From PVC group bacterium (ex Bugula neritina AB1) (GTDB taxonomy: Bacteria; GCA-001730085): DNA of 64,000 bases. Below are positions 1-12,500 of this stretch, one piece after another (the first letter of the stretch is position 1; every line of letters starts with the position of its first letter). The notes under the pieces are model-generated. The model did not search any database. It was not told the DNA's origin and saw nothing but the letters and a program-made list of their open reading frames with translations. Where the stretch lies: contig MDLB01000104.1 in the NCBI GenBank assembly GCA_001730085.1, positions 3,117 to 67,116 of the forward strand. Reading direction: 5' to 3'. A program made the translations under genes and the position numbers.

Positions 1-1098
1 CCTTGCCGATAAGTCTCATAGCTTCTTGAAAACCTTGCCAACTCACTCTGCTCTCTTTTTCAATGTGTTTGAATTTTTTTAAAGCACGAGCATATTCACG
101 TGTACTTGTATCCGTAGCATTTTCAATAATCTTATGCATGTCACAAGCTATTTCAAAATTCTTTTCGATTTTTTGTAGCAAAGTATCCAAGAAGAATGCG
201 CTCAAATGAAACTCTTTGATTTTTTCTAAAAATTCTGCACCTATCCGTTGAACCAAAACTTCAAAATGCTCTTTATCTTTTAAAGTCGTCGCTTTTTTTA
301 ACTTTGTACGATAAAGAGATATCCGTCTATATAAAGAATTAGCTTCTTTCAATTTTTTTTTAAAATAATCAGGAAATTTGTTCAAATCTTTAGGAGAGAC
401 TCTTTTAAAGTAATCCTCAATTTCAATCTCTTTTTTTTCGATAGGTTCTTCAAGAGCATTAAGATCTTTCAAAGAATAGCCTAAAACAAAAACACTACTT
501 TTTAAGGCAATTTCAGCATTTTCAATATTTGTTGAAAGAGCAATCTCTTCTTCGTGAGTCAAAAGATCAATTTCTCCCATTTCACGCAAATACATTTTCA
601 CAGAGTCCATAGATACAGGAGGTAAAATATCTTCCTTCTTTTTAGCCGATGACTTTGTCTTATTGGAATTTATTAATGTATCTGCTTCTTCAACTGAATC
701 AACATAACGAACACCCTTCTCGCTAAGTTTTGTAAAAATTTGATCAAACTCTTCAACATCTACCTTAAAGTTTTCAAGAAAGTCATTCACTTCTCCATAG
801 GTGATAACTCCTCTTTCTTTACCCATTTTTATAATAGCTTCAATAATCGCCTTGCCTTCCTGAGAGTCAAGAGATCTTAAGTGTGACTGATCTTGAGAAG
901 AAGGCTCTTCATGTAAACTCTCTTCCTCATAGGTTTCTTCCAATGATTTTTCTATATCTTCCTGTGAGGGCATTTTATTGAATTCTTTTGAATCATCCAT
1001 GTCATTAAAGTCATCTGAAGATGCTACCTTCGCAACTTTTTTAGGGAAAAAAGGTTCTCCCATCGCCTCTTTGTTTCCATATTTTTTTCGATGCCACA
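1..1098 (-). CDS. rpoD: RNA polymerase sigma-70 factor RpoD, N-terminal ~366 codons. The 3' end runs off the left edge of the window.
   Basis: My reverse-complement translation from ATG at 1098 reads MWHRKKYGN...DSVKMYLREMGEIDLLTHEEEIALSTNIENAE. This matches sigma-70 region 1.2 (consensus D-x-V-R-M-Y-L-R-E-M-G-x-V-x-L-L-T-R-E-x-E-I). It is preceded by an acidic region 1.1-like stretch. The gene sits 2 bp after the dnaG stop, the canonical dnaG-rpoD pairing. It is not in the ORF track because the frame stays open past position 1. Confidence 0.75.
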
Positions 1099-1100
1099 TT

Positions 1101-2924
1101 TTATTCGTGCTCGTTTCTTTTTTTGGAATCAACGTCATAAAAAATACCTTCCTGATTCATTTTTATTCTCATCTTAATTAAATTCTGTAGCTTATCTTTT
1201 TGATCTAATTGATCGCTTGGTGAAGCATATTTCATAGATTGACTAAGCTTCAAAATGTCTTGATCCAATTTTTTTAAAATAAGAGATCTCAAAGAATCCA
1301 AAAAAACCTTATCTTGAACATCAATAGGAACACTGTCATCGACCAAAAGCTCCATCAATAATTTTTTAAGGTTTTCATCATCTTCAGCATACTCTAAAAC
1401 ATCTTTACCAAGTATATAACCATTATCCTTAAATAAATTTATCAAAAAATAAATCTCTTTGTGTTGCCAAGATATTACATATGTATCTATGCATTGACAC
1501 AATTGATCAAAATATTTTTTTCCTCTTAAAAGCATCCTTATGATATGTTTTTCAGCTAAATCATATTCATTTTTCTCAAGCAAAGGTTTATCCCCAAAAG
1601 AGGAAAGAAAGTCCGGTCTCGGCTGCCCCTTCTGTTTTTTAGAGAACTCTATTTCTAAAGTCGAAAGATCTGAACCCATCAAATCTACCATTTTTTTCAA
1701 ATATTCCTTACGAACAATATGGTTATCAATTTTTAGCAAACTATCAAATAGTTTATCAGCAACAGTCGCTTTTTTAAGCTCTGGTGTAAATTCATCATAT
1801 TTCTGCATAAAAAAATCATATTGAAAATCAAAAAAGTCGCGTTTTGAATTTTCCATCATATCATGTAATGCTTTAACCCCAAAACGATTCAAAAAATCAT
1901 CTGGATCTTTGGCACCCTTCAAAACAACAACCTCAACACGAAAGTCTTGCTCCAGAAAAATATCTATAGCCCTCAATGTCGCTGTTTGCCCAGAAACATC
2001 CGAGTCGTACATAATAATAATATGGTCCACCAACCTTTTAAGAACACTCGCATGGTCCTCTGTTAAAGCCGTTCCAAGTGTTGCCACAACATTTCTCAGA
2101 CCTTCTTGAAACATTTTTATACAATCTAAATATCCTTCAACCACGATCACTTTCTTCGCTTGAACAATATTTTTTTTTGCCTTATCTAGTCCAAATAATA
2201 TTTTACGTTTATTAAAAATACACGTCTGAGGAGAATTCAAATACTTTGGAGTTTCACTCCCTATAGCACGTGCACCAAAAGCAACAACCCTTCCTTGAAT
2301 ATCTCCTATAGGAATCATCAGTCGAGAACGAAAGCGGTCACAAAAACTCTCGTCACTTTTACGTAAAATCAACCCTCCTAAAAGCAAGTCTTCATCTTTT
2401 ACTGATTTTTTTTTTGCAGCCAACAAAAGTCCTTGTCCACCTGCCGGAGCAAAACCTATTTGAAAATAGTTAACCGTTTCCTCAGTTAAGTTCCTACTGT
2501 CCAAGTAATCCCTAGCTTTTAGACCCAAAGAGTCATGACAAAGCATTTTATGAAAATACAACATAGCAGAGTTTAGAACATCCAAAGCTCGCTCCTGCTC
2601 ATTTTTACGACGCTGACTTTTTTCGGAATCAAAAGAAATGGTCAGACCTACTTTTTTGGCCAAGTATTCCAAAACTTCCAAAAAAGAAAGATGGTTGTAT
2701 TCCATAAGGAATTTAACCACATCACCCCCTGCAGAACATCCAAAACAGTAGTAAAGTTGTTTAGATGAGTTTACACTAAATGAAGGGGTCTTTTCTGGAT
2801 GAAACGGACACAAACCTTTAAAGTTTTGCCCCACTCTCTTTAACTGAACATATTCTCCAATAATATCTACAATATCAACTTTTTTTAAAATATCTTGGAT
2901 ACATTCCCTCGAAACACGATTCAT
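1101..2924 (-). CDS. dnaG: DNA primase DnaG
   Basis: 607 aa. N-terminal CHC2 zinc finger (GLCPFHPEKTPSFSV...YYCFGCSAGGDVVKF). TOPRIM region (VIVVEGYLDCI...IIMYDSDVSGQTATLRAI). Immediately upstream of rpoD. Confidence 0.9.
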   Translation of the reverse strand: MNRVSRECIQDILKKVDIVDIIGEYVQLKRVGQNFKGLCPFHPEKTPSFSVNSSKQLYYCFGCSAGGDVVKFLMEYNHLSFLEVLEYLAKKVGLTISFDSEKSQRRKNEQERALDVLNSAMLYFHKMLCHDSLGLKARDYLDSRNLTEETVNYFQIGFAPAGGQGLLLAAKKKSVKDEDLLLGGLILRKSDESFCDRFRSRLMIPIGDIQGRVVAFGARAIGSETPKYLNSPQTCIFNKRKILFGLDKAKKNIVQAKKVIVVEGYLDCIKMFQEGLRNVVATLGTALTEDHASVLKRLVDHIIIMYDSDVSGQTATLRAIDIFLEQDFRVEVVVLKGAKDPDDFLNRFGVKALHDMMENSKRDFFDFQYDFFMQKYDEFTPELKKATVADKLFDSLLKIDNHIVRKEYLKKMVDLMGSDLSTLEIEFSKKQKGQPRPDFLSSFGDKPLLEKNEYDLAEKHIIRMLLRGKKYFDQLCQCIDTYVISWQHKEIYFLINLFKDNGYILGKDVLEYAEDDENLKKLLMELLVDDSVPIDVQDKVFLDSLRSLILKKLDQDILKLSQSMKYASPSDQLDQKDKLQNLIKMRIKMNQEGIFYDVDSKKRNEHE

Positions 2925-2951
2925 AGAAATAAATGATTTTCCTCTATGAGG

Positions 2952-3521
2952 TTAGAAATGCCTCATAGGAGGATTTTGAACACGGTTAGCCATATCATTG
3001 AAGTACTTTCTAAGGATCAAAACTCTACGACCCCTCCAAGAACCTGCCATATAATCAAAGAACCTTGGCATCTGAAGAACCATCCAAGAAGCCAAAAATG
3101 TACGATACTTAATATGAGCAGATAATTTCGGAGATTCAAGAGTCCCCAATAAAGCTAAAAACATAAAAACCACAATCATACCTTTTAAAAAACCAACACA
3201 AAGACCTCCATAACGCTCTAAGCGATCATAAAAGTTTGTTGACTCACCATACTTTTGTGTTGCAAGTTTAACCCCTTGAACAAGCACATACGTGAAAATA
3301 AGAATCACAAAAAAGGAAAAAAGCTTCAGAAAAAAATAAGGTAACCTAACAAAAGTCGCGATTTCTGAAGATAACACGTGTGTGAACTTAAAGGCAAAAA
3401 AAAGTGCTGCCACCACACTTAAAAAACGAAAAACTTCTCCAGTTAAACCTTCTTTCCATCCCCAATAAATCGTACAGAAAAGGATAAAAAGTATAAAACC
3501 ATCAAGCCAATGTATCGCCAC
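2952..3521 (-). CDS. CvpA-family (colicin V production-like) small integral membrane protein
   Basis: 189 aa with 4-5 hydrophobic helices. N-terminal LDGFILFILFCTIYWGWKEGLTGEVFRFLSVVAALFFAFKF is the typical CvpA-like pattern. Assignment is from a general family resemblance only. Confidence 0.45.
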   Translation of the reverse strand: MAIHWLDGFILFILFCTIYWGWKEGLTGEVFRFLSVVAALFFAFKFTHVLSSEIATFVRLPYFFLKLFSFFVILIFTYVLVQGVKLATQKYGESTNFYDRLERYGGLCVGFLKGMIVVFMFLALLGTLESPKLSAHIKYRTFLASWMVLQMPRFFDYMAGSWRGRRVLILRKYFNDMANRVQNPPMRHF

Positions 3522-3595
3522 TGATTTTTTCCTCTTAAGATTCTTTCTTTACCTTTATAGATTCTCAAATAAACACCAAAAGAAAAACTATCTAA

Positions 3596-6500
3596 TTAAG
3601 CAGCTCTTGAATAGATATCTTTATATTCTCCCATACGATCATGCTTAATCCTCACTATTCTTTCCGTGAATATTAAGATCTGACTCACAGAAGGAGTCGT
3701 CTCGGTCACATCTATAGAGGTGTCTCTCTTTAAAGGATATTCCTGCTTATAATTTTGATGTAACTGAACAAGATGTTTATAGTAGAGAACTAGAGAAGCA
3801 TCTTTAAAGCTCTCCCAATCTGTCATGTTTTCAAAGAAATCCTCCGTCGAAAACAAAGAGAAATAACCTAAGTAAGCCAAATCAATCTTATTCATGTAAA
3901 ATTGGTCAAATAAACTTGTATTTGCATTATAAATAGTAGTAACTTTTTCAAGTAGTTTTTGAAAAAAAGATTCAGATTTAATATCTACACCTTCGCTTAT
4001 TGCCTTTTGCGCAAATTTTAAAAATTGGGTTGCAAAAACGTATCCGGCTTGTGTTTCATTTTCTATACTCAATTGAGTATATTTGAAATATTCGTCAATA
4101 TTTTCAGTTTTTTCTAGTTCAGTATAAGGTGATTGCAAAACATAGTCTTTATGTTTACCTTTAAAACGATTAAAAAGAGTAGCAGACTCTACTTGTCCAG
4201 GAGCAGAAGTCCCACCTGACGATTCTTCCACAAAGTCTTTATCAAAACAGTGTGTAAAGATATCTAATTCTAAAACATTCAAAAGCTCCTTTAGGTGATA
4301 GCCTTCAAATCTCACTTCATCTCCCTTTAAACAATTATCTAGCTCTAAGATTTTTTCCTCTTTCTCGTCTAAAAGTTTTTCAAAATCCTCTATTTTCTTT
4401 TCTATAACATTTTTCAAGCGTAACTGATTAGCATTTCTGAGCTCTGAACCTTCTCCTTCAACATACTCCATTTCTTCAAAAATCTTAGTCATATTAAGAT
4501 CTGACGCAAATAAAGACGTAAAAAGTGTTTTCATAGAGGCATAGTTTTTCTTTATATCCTCAATCAAACTATCTTTCTCACCAGCAGGAATATCAGGTGT
4601 CTCAACTTTCCCAATCAGTTGACGATACTCATCTAAGGACTGGACCAAAGTCTGTGCCTGATCTCTATAAAGCAAAGCACTCTGTCTTCTTTTTAGAACT
4701 TCGGGACGTTCCTTTGCATATATTTCTGATAACAACTTAAATAGAGTAATGGAAAAAGCATCTTCGCCTTCACTCGTAGATTTTTTTATTTTGTCTCCAA
4801 GAGCTAATAAAATCGTCCTCCAATCCTTATAGGTGCGGATTTCTATGTACCTCTGATCCCACTTTTCGTGTTGCTCTAAAGACTTACCTTCTTCTCTGGA
4901 GTCACTTAAAGCCTTTCTTAACTCTGTTGACAAATCTGTTTTCAAAGGGATGAATGGATTATCAACTCCAAATGGCCTATTAGCTATAACTGTGCTTAGT
5001 TCTTTAGTGTCTAACAAGATCCTCACACTATTATCATCTTCTTTTCCTGCACCTTGATATTGCTCAAAAAGTTTTTGAAGTTCTGCCATTCCGCCCATCT
5101 TCCCCATGTCAGGTAATCCAGATTTTCCCTCGGAAAAACGTTCTCTAACTTTTAGCCAAGATTGCCCAACAAAGAAAGACATTGGATTAATACGAAAATC
5201 AGGATTGTCCTCGAATTTTGGATTGATTTGGGGATCTTTCCCAAGAGATTTAAAAGATGTTAAACCTGAAGAACGATAAAATTCAGAAAAAAGAGTTTTT
5301 GACCATTCATATTTTTTTTCAGATGCTCTTTTTTCTCCAAGCTTTTCGATAAAATGTTTATTTAAAAAAGACTTTAACTTATAAAGACGACGCCCTGTCA
5401 CAAAGTTAAAAACCCGACGAAAAAACTTCGGCTTTTTCAAAGTATCTTCAAAAAGGGAATGACCTTTTTGAACCATTTCAGGATGTTCCAATAAGGTCTC
5501 CTGTAAAATTTTATCAAAAAGTTGATTAAATTCATTTTCTTTATCAGTTAAGTCAGCAGGATCTTTATAAGATTTATTTTCAATAAGTTTTTTCAATAAA
5601 TCTTTTAAACTTTTGTCATCCAAAGATCCATTTGTTTTTTGGAGCTTTTGAAAAAAGTACTTTTTAAGTAAAGGCTCATTTTTCAAAAAGTCTATCCCTT
5701 TTAAGGTTTTAGAGGCTGCTTCAAGAATCAAGAAATCATTAAAAGAATTGATCCCATGTTCATCGCAAACGCGGGAAGCGTCTTGAAAACCTGATCTTAT
5801 CGTAAGAAAGAACTCTTCGTCATATTTCTTTAAAAATGTATTCAAATCTTCATCTTTCAATCCAGCCTCTTTAGCTAAGGTAAGTGCCTTTTTATAAGAT
5901 GAAAAACACTGTTCACGAAATAAGGTCATCAATTTCAATTGTCTACGCTGTTTGTAGTCTCTTCGGATAGAGCTTTCTTTTTTGAATAACTTCAAAAATC
6001 TAGACTCACGTGGACTAAAGTCTTCTAAAGTTTGCCCAACTTCTTGAGCATTTAAAGAAGCGATCTGTTTCACTCTGTCTTCGGATAGATTATATAATTT
6101 GCCTTGAAAGTCTGCATTTTCATTAAGCGAATGATTATATCCTCCTACTCTTAAAAAATCGTCTTTGCCAGAAAAGTATTCAGAAAGAGTTAAGTAGGCC
6201 AAAGCATTATTATTAAAAAGTGGAGAGTTTTTAACAAGAACAATCTCAGTCGTCTTAGGAGTACCCTTAGAGGCAAGATAATCAACTTTTAAAGTCAGCT
6301 GTGTCACTTCTTTACCTTCGTAGGAAGCAACTTCAACTTTATTTATCTCAACACCATAAATAAAATAAACCTGGTCCACACCATCGGCATTTATTTCGCG
6401 CAATGCTCTATTAAAAGGCATATCAACTTGTACCGTAGACTCTCTAACATATTTGTTAAAATTTTCCAAGTCGTCGTTAAATTGATAAGTCGCAACATCA

Positions 6501-9500
6501 TTGCCTTTAACAACTTTATCTTCTGAGTATTCCAAAGATTCCAAAGAAAGAAACAGAAGTGACCTTAACCAGTCATACTGATCAACAGTCATCCAAGAAT
6601 CTTTCTTTTCATACCAGTGAGAACCCGTTGACTGATACCACTTGAACAAATTCGCACCATTCAAGGTTTTAGGGCCCCTAGCACCAGGCCTTTTCGAAAT
6701 ACCAAATTCTTTGATAACTCTTTTTAAAGCTTCCTTCTTTTTGTCCTCTAAAGAAAGTTTCTCTCCCAAGAAATCAGCAGTATACATCAAATACCAAGCA
6801 CAAGTTTTTTTATTCGCTTTCAAAACTCGTTCAAACTCTTGTTCACTCGTAAGAGAAGACCATTCATCAAAAACCGGTTCTTTAAGTCTACGATTAGCCC
6901 AATAATAATAAGCTTTCTTAAAAAAACCTTTTTTTAGACCCTCTACACGCTTAGCTTGTGCATTTTTAGCTTTATCTAGAGCCTTCTTATAATAAGATGA
7001 TTTCATGATCACATCCCGCGCACTATCCTTAGCCTCCTTAACTAGAGTAGCATCTAAAGATTTGTCTACTGTTCCCAAGTTTTCTTGAAGAGTTTTGCTC
7101 ATAGCCTTCTCAGTAAGAATAGATCTAGTGATTTCTCCTGAATAGGTTTTCTGATTTGTTTTGATCAACAAGTCATTAACTCCTAAACCTTCAATAACTT
7201 TAACAACATCTTTAATGGTAAAAGCTTCTAGCAAACTACCGGCCGAAGAAGCCTTTGCTTCTGAAACAGATCTAGAAAGTTTCAAGTCTCCATCAAGACC
7301 TTCTCGGTGTAGCCTAAAAATCTCCGCCATCTCCGCTTTTAGTCTATTGTAATTAGTATTAGAAGGCAATGCATTAACTGCACCCCAAGGATGCTGATTC
7401 TCTGTAGACAAAGTACTTGCTAACTTAGATTTTACAGTCTCACCTTGCAAAGCATCCAAAAGTTTAATAAAACTCTTTTTGGCGTCTGCAAACATCTCTT
7501 CTAAAACTTTTTGAGTACTCTTCGTATTAAGGGTAACATTTTGTACCGCTTTAGCTTTTTCATTTTGAACATTGATCAAATTTTGCTTACAATTTTTAAA
7601 AGCACTTGCCAACTCTTCTGTAAGATTTCTATAGGGTTTCAACAATTTTATCAATGACTGTATAAGTTGCCTATGAGGGGCATAAAAAGCTTCAGTAGCA
7701 ACATGAAAGTTTTGAGCTCTTTCGGCAGTAATATCATTTTGATTTATCATATGAAAAAACTTCGAAATATTTATTCTTAAGGCGTTTTGATCACCTTCAA
7801 ATAATTCAGAACTTTTAACTTTTCCATCTTTTTCATAATAAAACTTTCCATCCCACGCATCTTTCTTAAAAAACCAAAGCTCTCTGTCTGAATGAAATTT
7901 TACAGTTATTCTCTGACCCTGTTCTTCCAACGTAACTCTTAATCCCCGATCTCTACCAAGACCTTGTTGAACCTCAGACTTTCTCGCTTTATTATCACAT
8001 AAAAATAAAACTTTTTGTCGAAACTTACCTAGTCCAGACATCTCCAAGTTTGTCCCTGTAGCACCTGCCGGAAATAAATACACCGCACCTATATTCAAAC
8101 CACGTGCATTCTCAGTGAAACCGGTGGTATCTCTCATGTTAAAAATACATCCATCTTTATCTTTTAGCAGATTCCCCTTATTAAGCAATAAACCGTCTGG
8201 AACTTTTGATTTTCCACTATCTAACAAGCTCTTCGCCATATCTTGATCAATCAAGCGCGAAACAGAAAAATTAACTTGCTTTGTCGCATTATCTACCCAA
8301 GAGTGATAATCTTCCTTTAAAAACAAACGCCAGTCACCCACAAGATCTTTAACAATAACATCTTGTCCTTTTTCCCCCATCACATTTAATAAAGTTATAA
8401 GATTAGACATATCTGTGGAAATCGTATAATCAACAACCAAAAGATGACCGTTAGGTCCATTTTTATCAATAGTCATCTTTTCCACAACAGCTTTAATTTT
8501 CGTGTTAAGAGCCGCCTCTAATGCTTGGTCAATCTGAATATAATTTTCTTTTCCGCGTTCGCCTACAAGAGAATAGTCTTTACCTAAAACATCCAAAAGG
8601 ACTTTAGCAGCAATTTCTCCACCCTCTAACCTTAATTGAACAACACGTGAAGCTAAATCTAGTTTTTCAGCAGAAGATAAACTTTTACTCTTTATATAAG
8701 AAGCCTCTCTCTTGATAACTGTTAAAAGATTTTCTAGTTTTTCAATTTCAGGATAAATATAACTCTTAACAAGTTCAATATTCTCCAACCCACGAGTATC
8801 ACGATGACTCAAAGCTTTTTCTATAAAAAGTTTAGTAAAGGCTTTTAATTCTGAATTTTGCGCGCAATTGGTATCTAGAAATTTCTGAATATTTTTACCG
8901 CCTGACAAGAAAAATTGAACAATATTTTCTTTCATACTGATGATATATTCAACTTTTTTAGCTGTCATCTGTATACTTTTATCCATTTTTAACATTTCTC
9001 TCAAGGCATTTTCTATCGTTTCTTTATAAGCATGAGAAACCTTATTCTTATTCTCTACACCTTGAATAAAAGCTTCTTTCACACTTGTTTTTTCATTAAA
9101 TACCTTCATTTCACTAGAATGTAATCTTGTCAAAGGAGCTTCTGTATATTTAGCAAAAACATTACCATCTATTAAAATATCAGGTTGAGAAGTTTCCCAC
9201 GTGGAAACACCAAACTGACGTAATAAAGCAACGGAAACTTGTGTAAGAGATCCTGAAAACCCCATAAAGCTCCCACCAGCTTCTTTAATCGCTAAGAGTT
9301 GTTGAGGAATAGAAGTCGAATAGGACTCGGGTTGCAACTTGATTTGACTAGCATCATTTATAATTATTTTTGCATACTCTTTAGGATCTCTATAACCTCC
9401 TTTAGGGATTGTTGATGACAAAGTCACAAGGGCTAAACTCAAGACATGCTCAGACTCGGTGAACCTCTGATCAGGCTGTTTTTCACCACCTGTCATAGGA

Positions 9501-12500
9501 ACAATTTTCATAACTCCACTGGTATCACGAGTGATAAAACCTTTTGAATCAACTTCAAGAAAATAGGCTTGGTTCTGACCAAATCTATTTTGTAACTCTT
9601 TATTAGATGTCAATCCTCCCAAAGCTTGAGCAAACCTATCTAAAAAACGAAAAACAAACTGAGGTGGAGAATAAGGATCCTTCTTACCTTCATCATAAAT
9701 ACTTTTCATACGATTAAATAACTCTGCCTCTGAATATTTCACCTGACCATCATTACTTTTCTCACCATAGGTTTTCAAAACTTCTGATGCTTTCTTACTA
9801 AGAGCATAATCTTTTAAGCCTAATGAAACACCCCAATACTTATCATTCGTTAATCTTTTTAAAAGTTTACATTTCAACTCAGCTGAAAAAGTTACGTCTC
9901 CACCTTGACCAATATCTGATCTTTTAAAACGCAAAGCTCCTGTGCCTAACTCCTCACCTTCTTTCAAAAGGAATTTTTCCACCTTTTGAGTTAGTTTCTT
10001 GCCGTCAAATATTTTTGCGTCCGCCATCCCTTGCACCTTCATCTCGCTTTCGATAAGTTTATAAAGCTCTTGGGTTACATAATACGCAAGAGCAGCATTA
10101 GTTTTCCCAATAGAAACCTCCTGTCCGTCAGTCCCTGTCACAAAGCTTTTAGGATTAAGATATTTATGAACTTCATCAACAACCCTAGTCCCTGAAAGTA
10201 GCTCATTTAAAACTTTAATAGAATCACGACTTTCGGGCTTATGAGGGTTATCCGCATTCAATTTAAGAAAGTTCATTGCATCCGTCGCCGTAAAAACAAC
10301 TCTCGCTTTCATCAATTTTTCAACTTCGGCGGGACCTCCCAAATTAGCATTTCTCAATTGAGCTGTCCAGTCTTTACTCGTGTTTGATCCAAACTCTGAG
10401 TTCAAAATATATCTAAATTGAACATTATCCATTTCAGATATTTTTCCTTCTTCGGGAACCTCTATAACAACCTTATGAGAGTTTCTCCAATAGCCATTTG
10501 AACCTAATAGAAACATCACTACCGCAGGATTCACAGCTGTCGTTTTACCACCACCAGTTGGAATTTGTGCCGCTAAAAAGTCTTTCATCAACAAAGCAAT
10601 TATACCTTCCAACTGAATAGGTAAGAAGTTGAATTCCCTATTATTGAAGAGTTTCATATGTTTCGCAAAAGTCTCCAATTGACGTGTAAACATAAGAAAA
10701 ATAGCTGTAGAATGTGCTATCTTAGCAAGAGACTCTTTATTAAAAGAAGCAGACTTGAATGAAGGACTCTGAGTGTAACTTTTAAGAAGAACGTCTATAA
10801 GTTTGGGCATATCAATCATCCCTTTTTCACCTTGAATTAAAAAGGTCTCATTAAACTTCTGCCACTTAGAATCATAGTCATATGTTTTATCAAAGCAAGT
10901 CTTTTGTCTAGAATAACCGACCTTCTCAGTCATAATATTCTCCATTTGTCTAACGATATCAGACTGTTGCTGTAGAGATAGATTAGAAAGACCTTGCTCC
11001 TTTGCGATTTTACTAATCAGTTCTCCATAATTCAAAAACATAGCAGAATGGCCTGAAGCCGTTTTAGCAAGAATTTGAAATAATGGATCTCCAGCTTGGC
11101 CAAGTTGAAAAGAATCAAATCTAAACGCATTATAAACTTCACTAACTCTTAAAATATTTATTTTTAGCTCTGAAAAAACCTCTTTTAGTTTAGTTTCAAA
11201 CAAGCTTAAACCTTCAATATTTATCCTTAAGTGCGTTATTCCTTGATTCGAAGATTTTGAGAATCCAAAATTATGGTGGACCAATCTATCTATAATCAAC
11301 TCTGCTAAGCCTTTCAAGTTATCTTTAGATAAAGTTGCAAGAAATCCTCCCCTAAGCGATTCTTTTTCCAAGATACTTGTAATATTTTTTTTCAAAAGAT
11401 CATAAGTAAAAGTTCCAGAAGTTATATCAAAACTATCGGGAAGTTGTGCCAAATGATGTGCTTGTTGACCTGCAAAAATATCCATGGCAGCATCTCTAGC
11501 TTTGTTGAACTCAGCATTTTTTTGAAATTCTGACCATTTTTCATGATGTAAAAATTTTTCGTTCAACAACAATTTAGACATTTGAGAAGATTTGGAAGAA
11601 CCATCACCTCTAGAAGTATCTGTTAAGTTTAAATTGCTATGAAGAGAGAGGATCTCTGGCGGTAAAGATTCCTGACCCTCCTTTTGTTTGCCTTTATAAC
11701 TGTCTATAGCTTTACCCAATGAATCTTTAAAGCTTTCTGTTCCAGTCACATGTTTCAAAAGAACAACTTCTAGTTCACCTTCTCCAAAAAAAGTACTCAA
11801 ATCTTTCAAAACTTTTACATTTCTAAAAATAGCCATAAAAACAGCAACTTGTTGCTCTATTTTTAAGCTTTGAAAGTCAGAATATCCCAATTTTTTAGCC
11901 ATAGAGTTCAAAGCACTTTCATCAAGAGCAACTTTTCTAGCAAAGAAAGATCTTTTCGGTATCGGCCGAAAGGAAGCCTTCACTCTTTCTAAAAAGTCAG
12001 CCCGAGCAGTTTGATCTCCACTCAAAACCTCCGATATCCTCTTCAAGTTAGCTAATGTATCTCCATTTAATTGATCTAAGGTCTCTGATAGTTCACCATC
12101 CGAACTGTAACCACCATAGAGAGTTTTATATACTCTTAACTTAGGAATAAATGATTCTGCGAAAAGAAAATAGCCTTTACCTACAAAACTTTCTGCAACA
12201 AAGGATGGATCTGAAACGTTTTGAGCCTTTGCTATGTCATAATAACGTAACATAACCGCAAGACCAACCGTATTTTGAACCAAATTTTCAAGAATTAACT
12301 TAGCTTGTCCATGCTCCCAGTCTTCAGTTTGCTTTGCTTGATGAAGTTTTTGCAAACGATTATAGACTCTCTTTATCTCTACGTCTAAAGTAGAAGCTTT
12401 CGTACTTGAATCCTTAGCTCCAGGTTTAGAATCAAAATCCTTTATAGATGTTTTAAAAGCATCGAAACCTTGTTCTCTTAATAAGACAATATCTTTAAAA

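Noticed and set aside
978-1181. Plus-strand 67-aa ORF spanning the rpoD start and dnaG stop
   Set aside because: Antisense to two well-supported genes (rpoD region 1.1 and the dnaG 3' end). No homology features.
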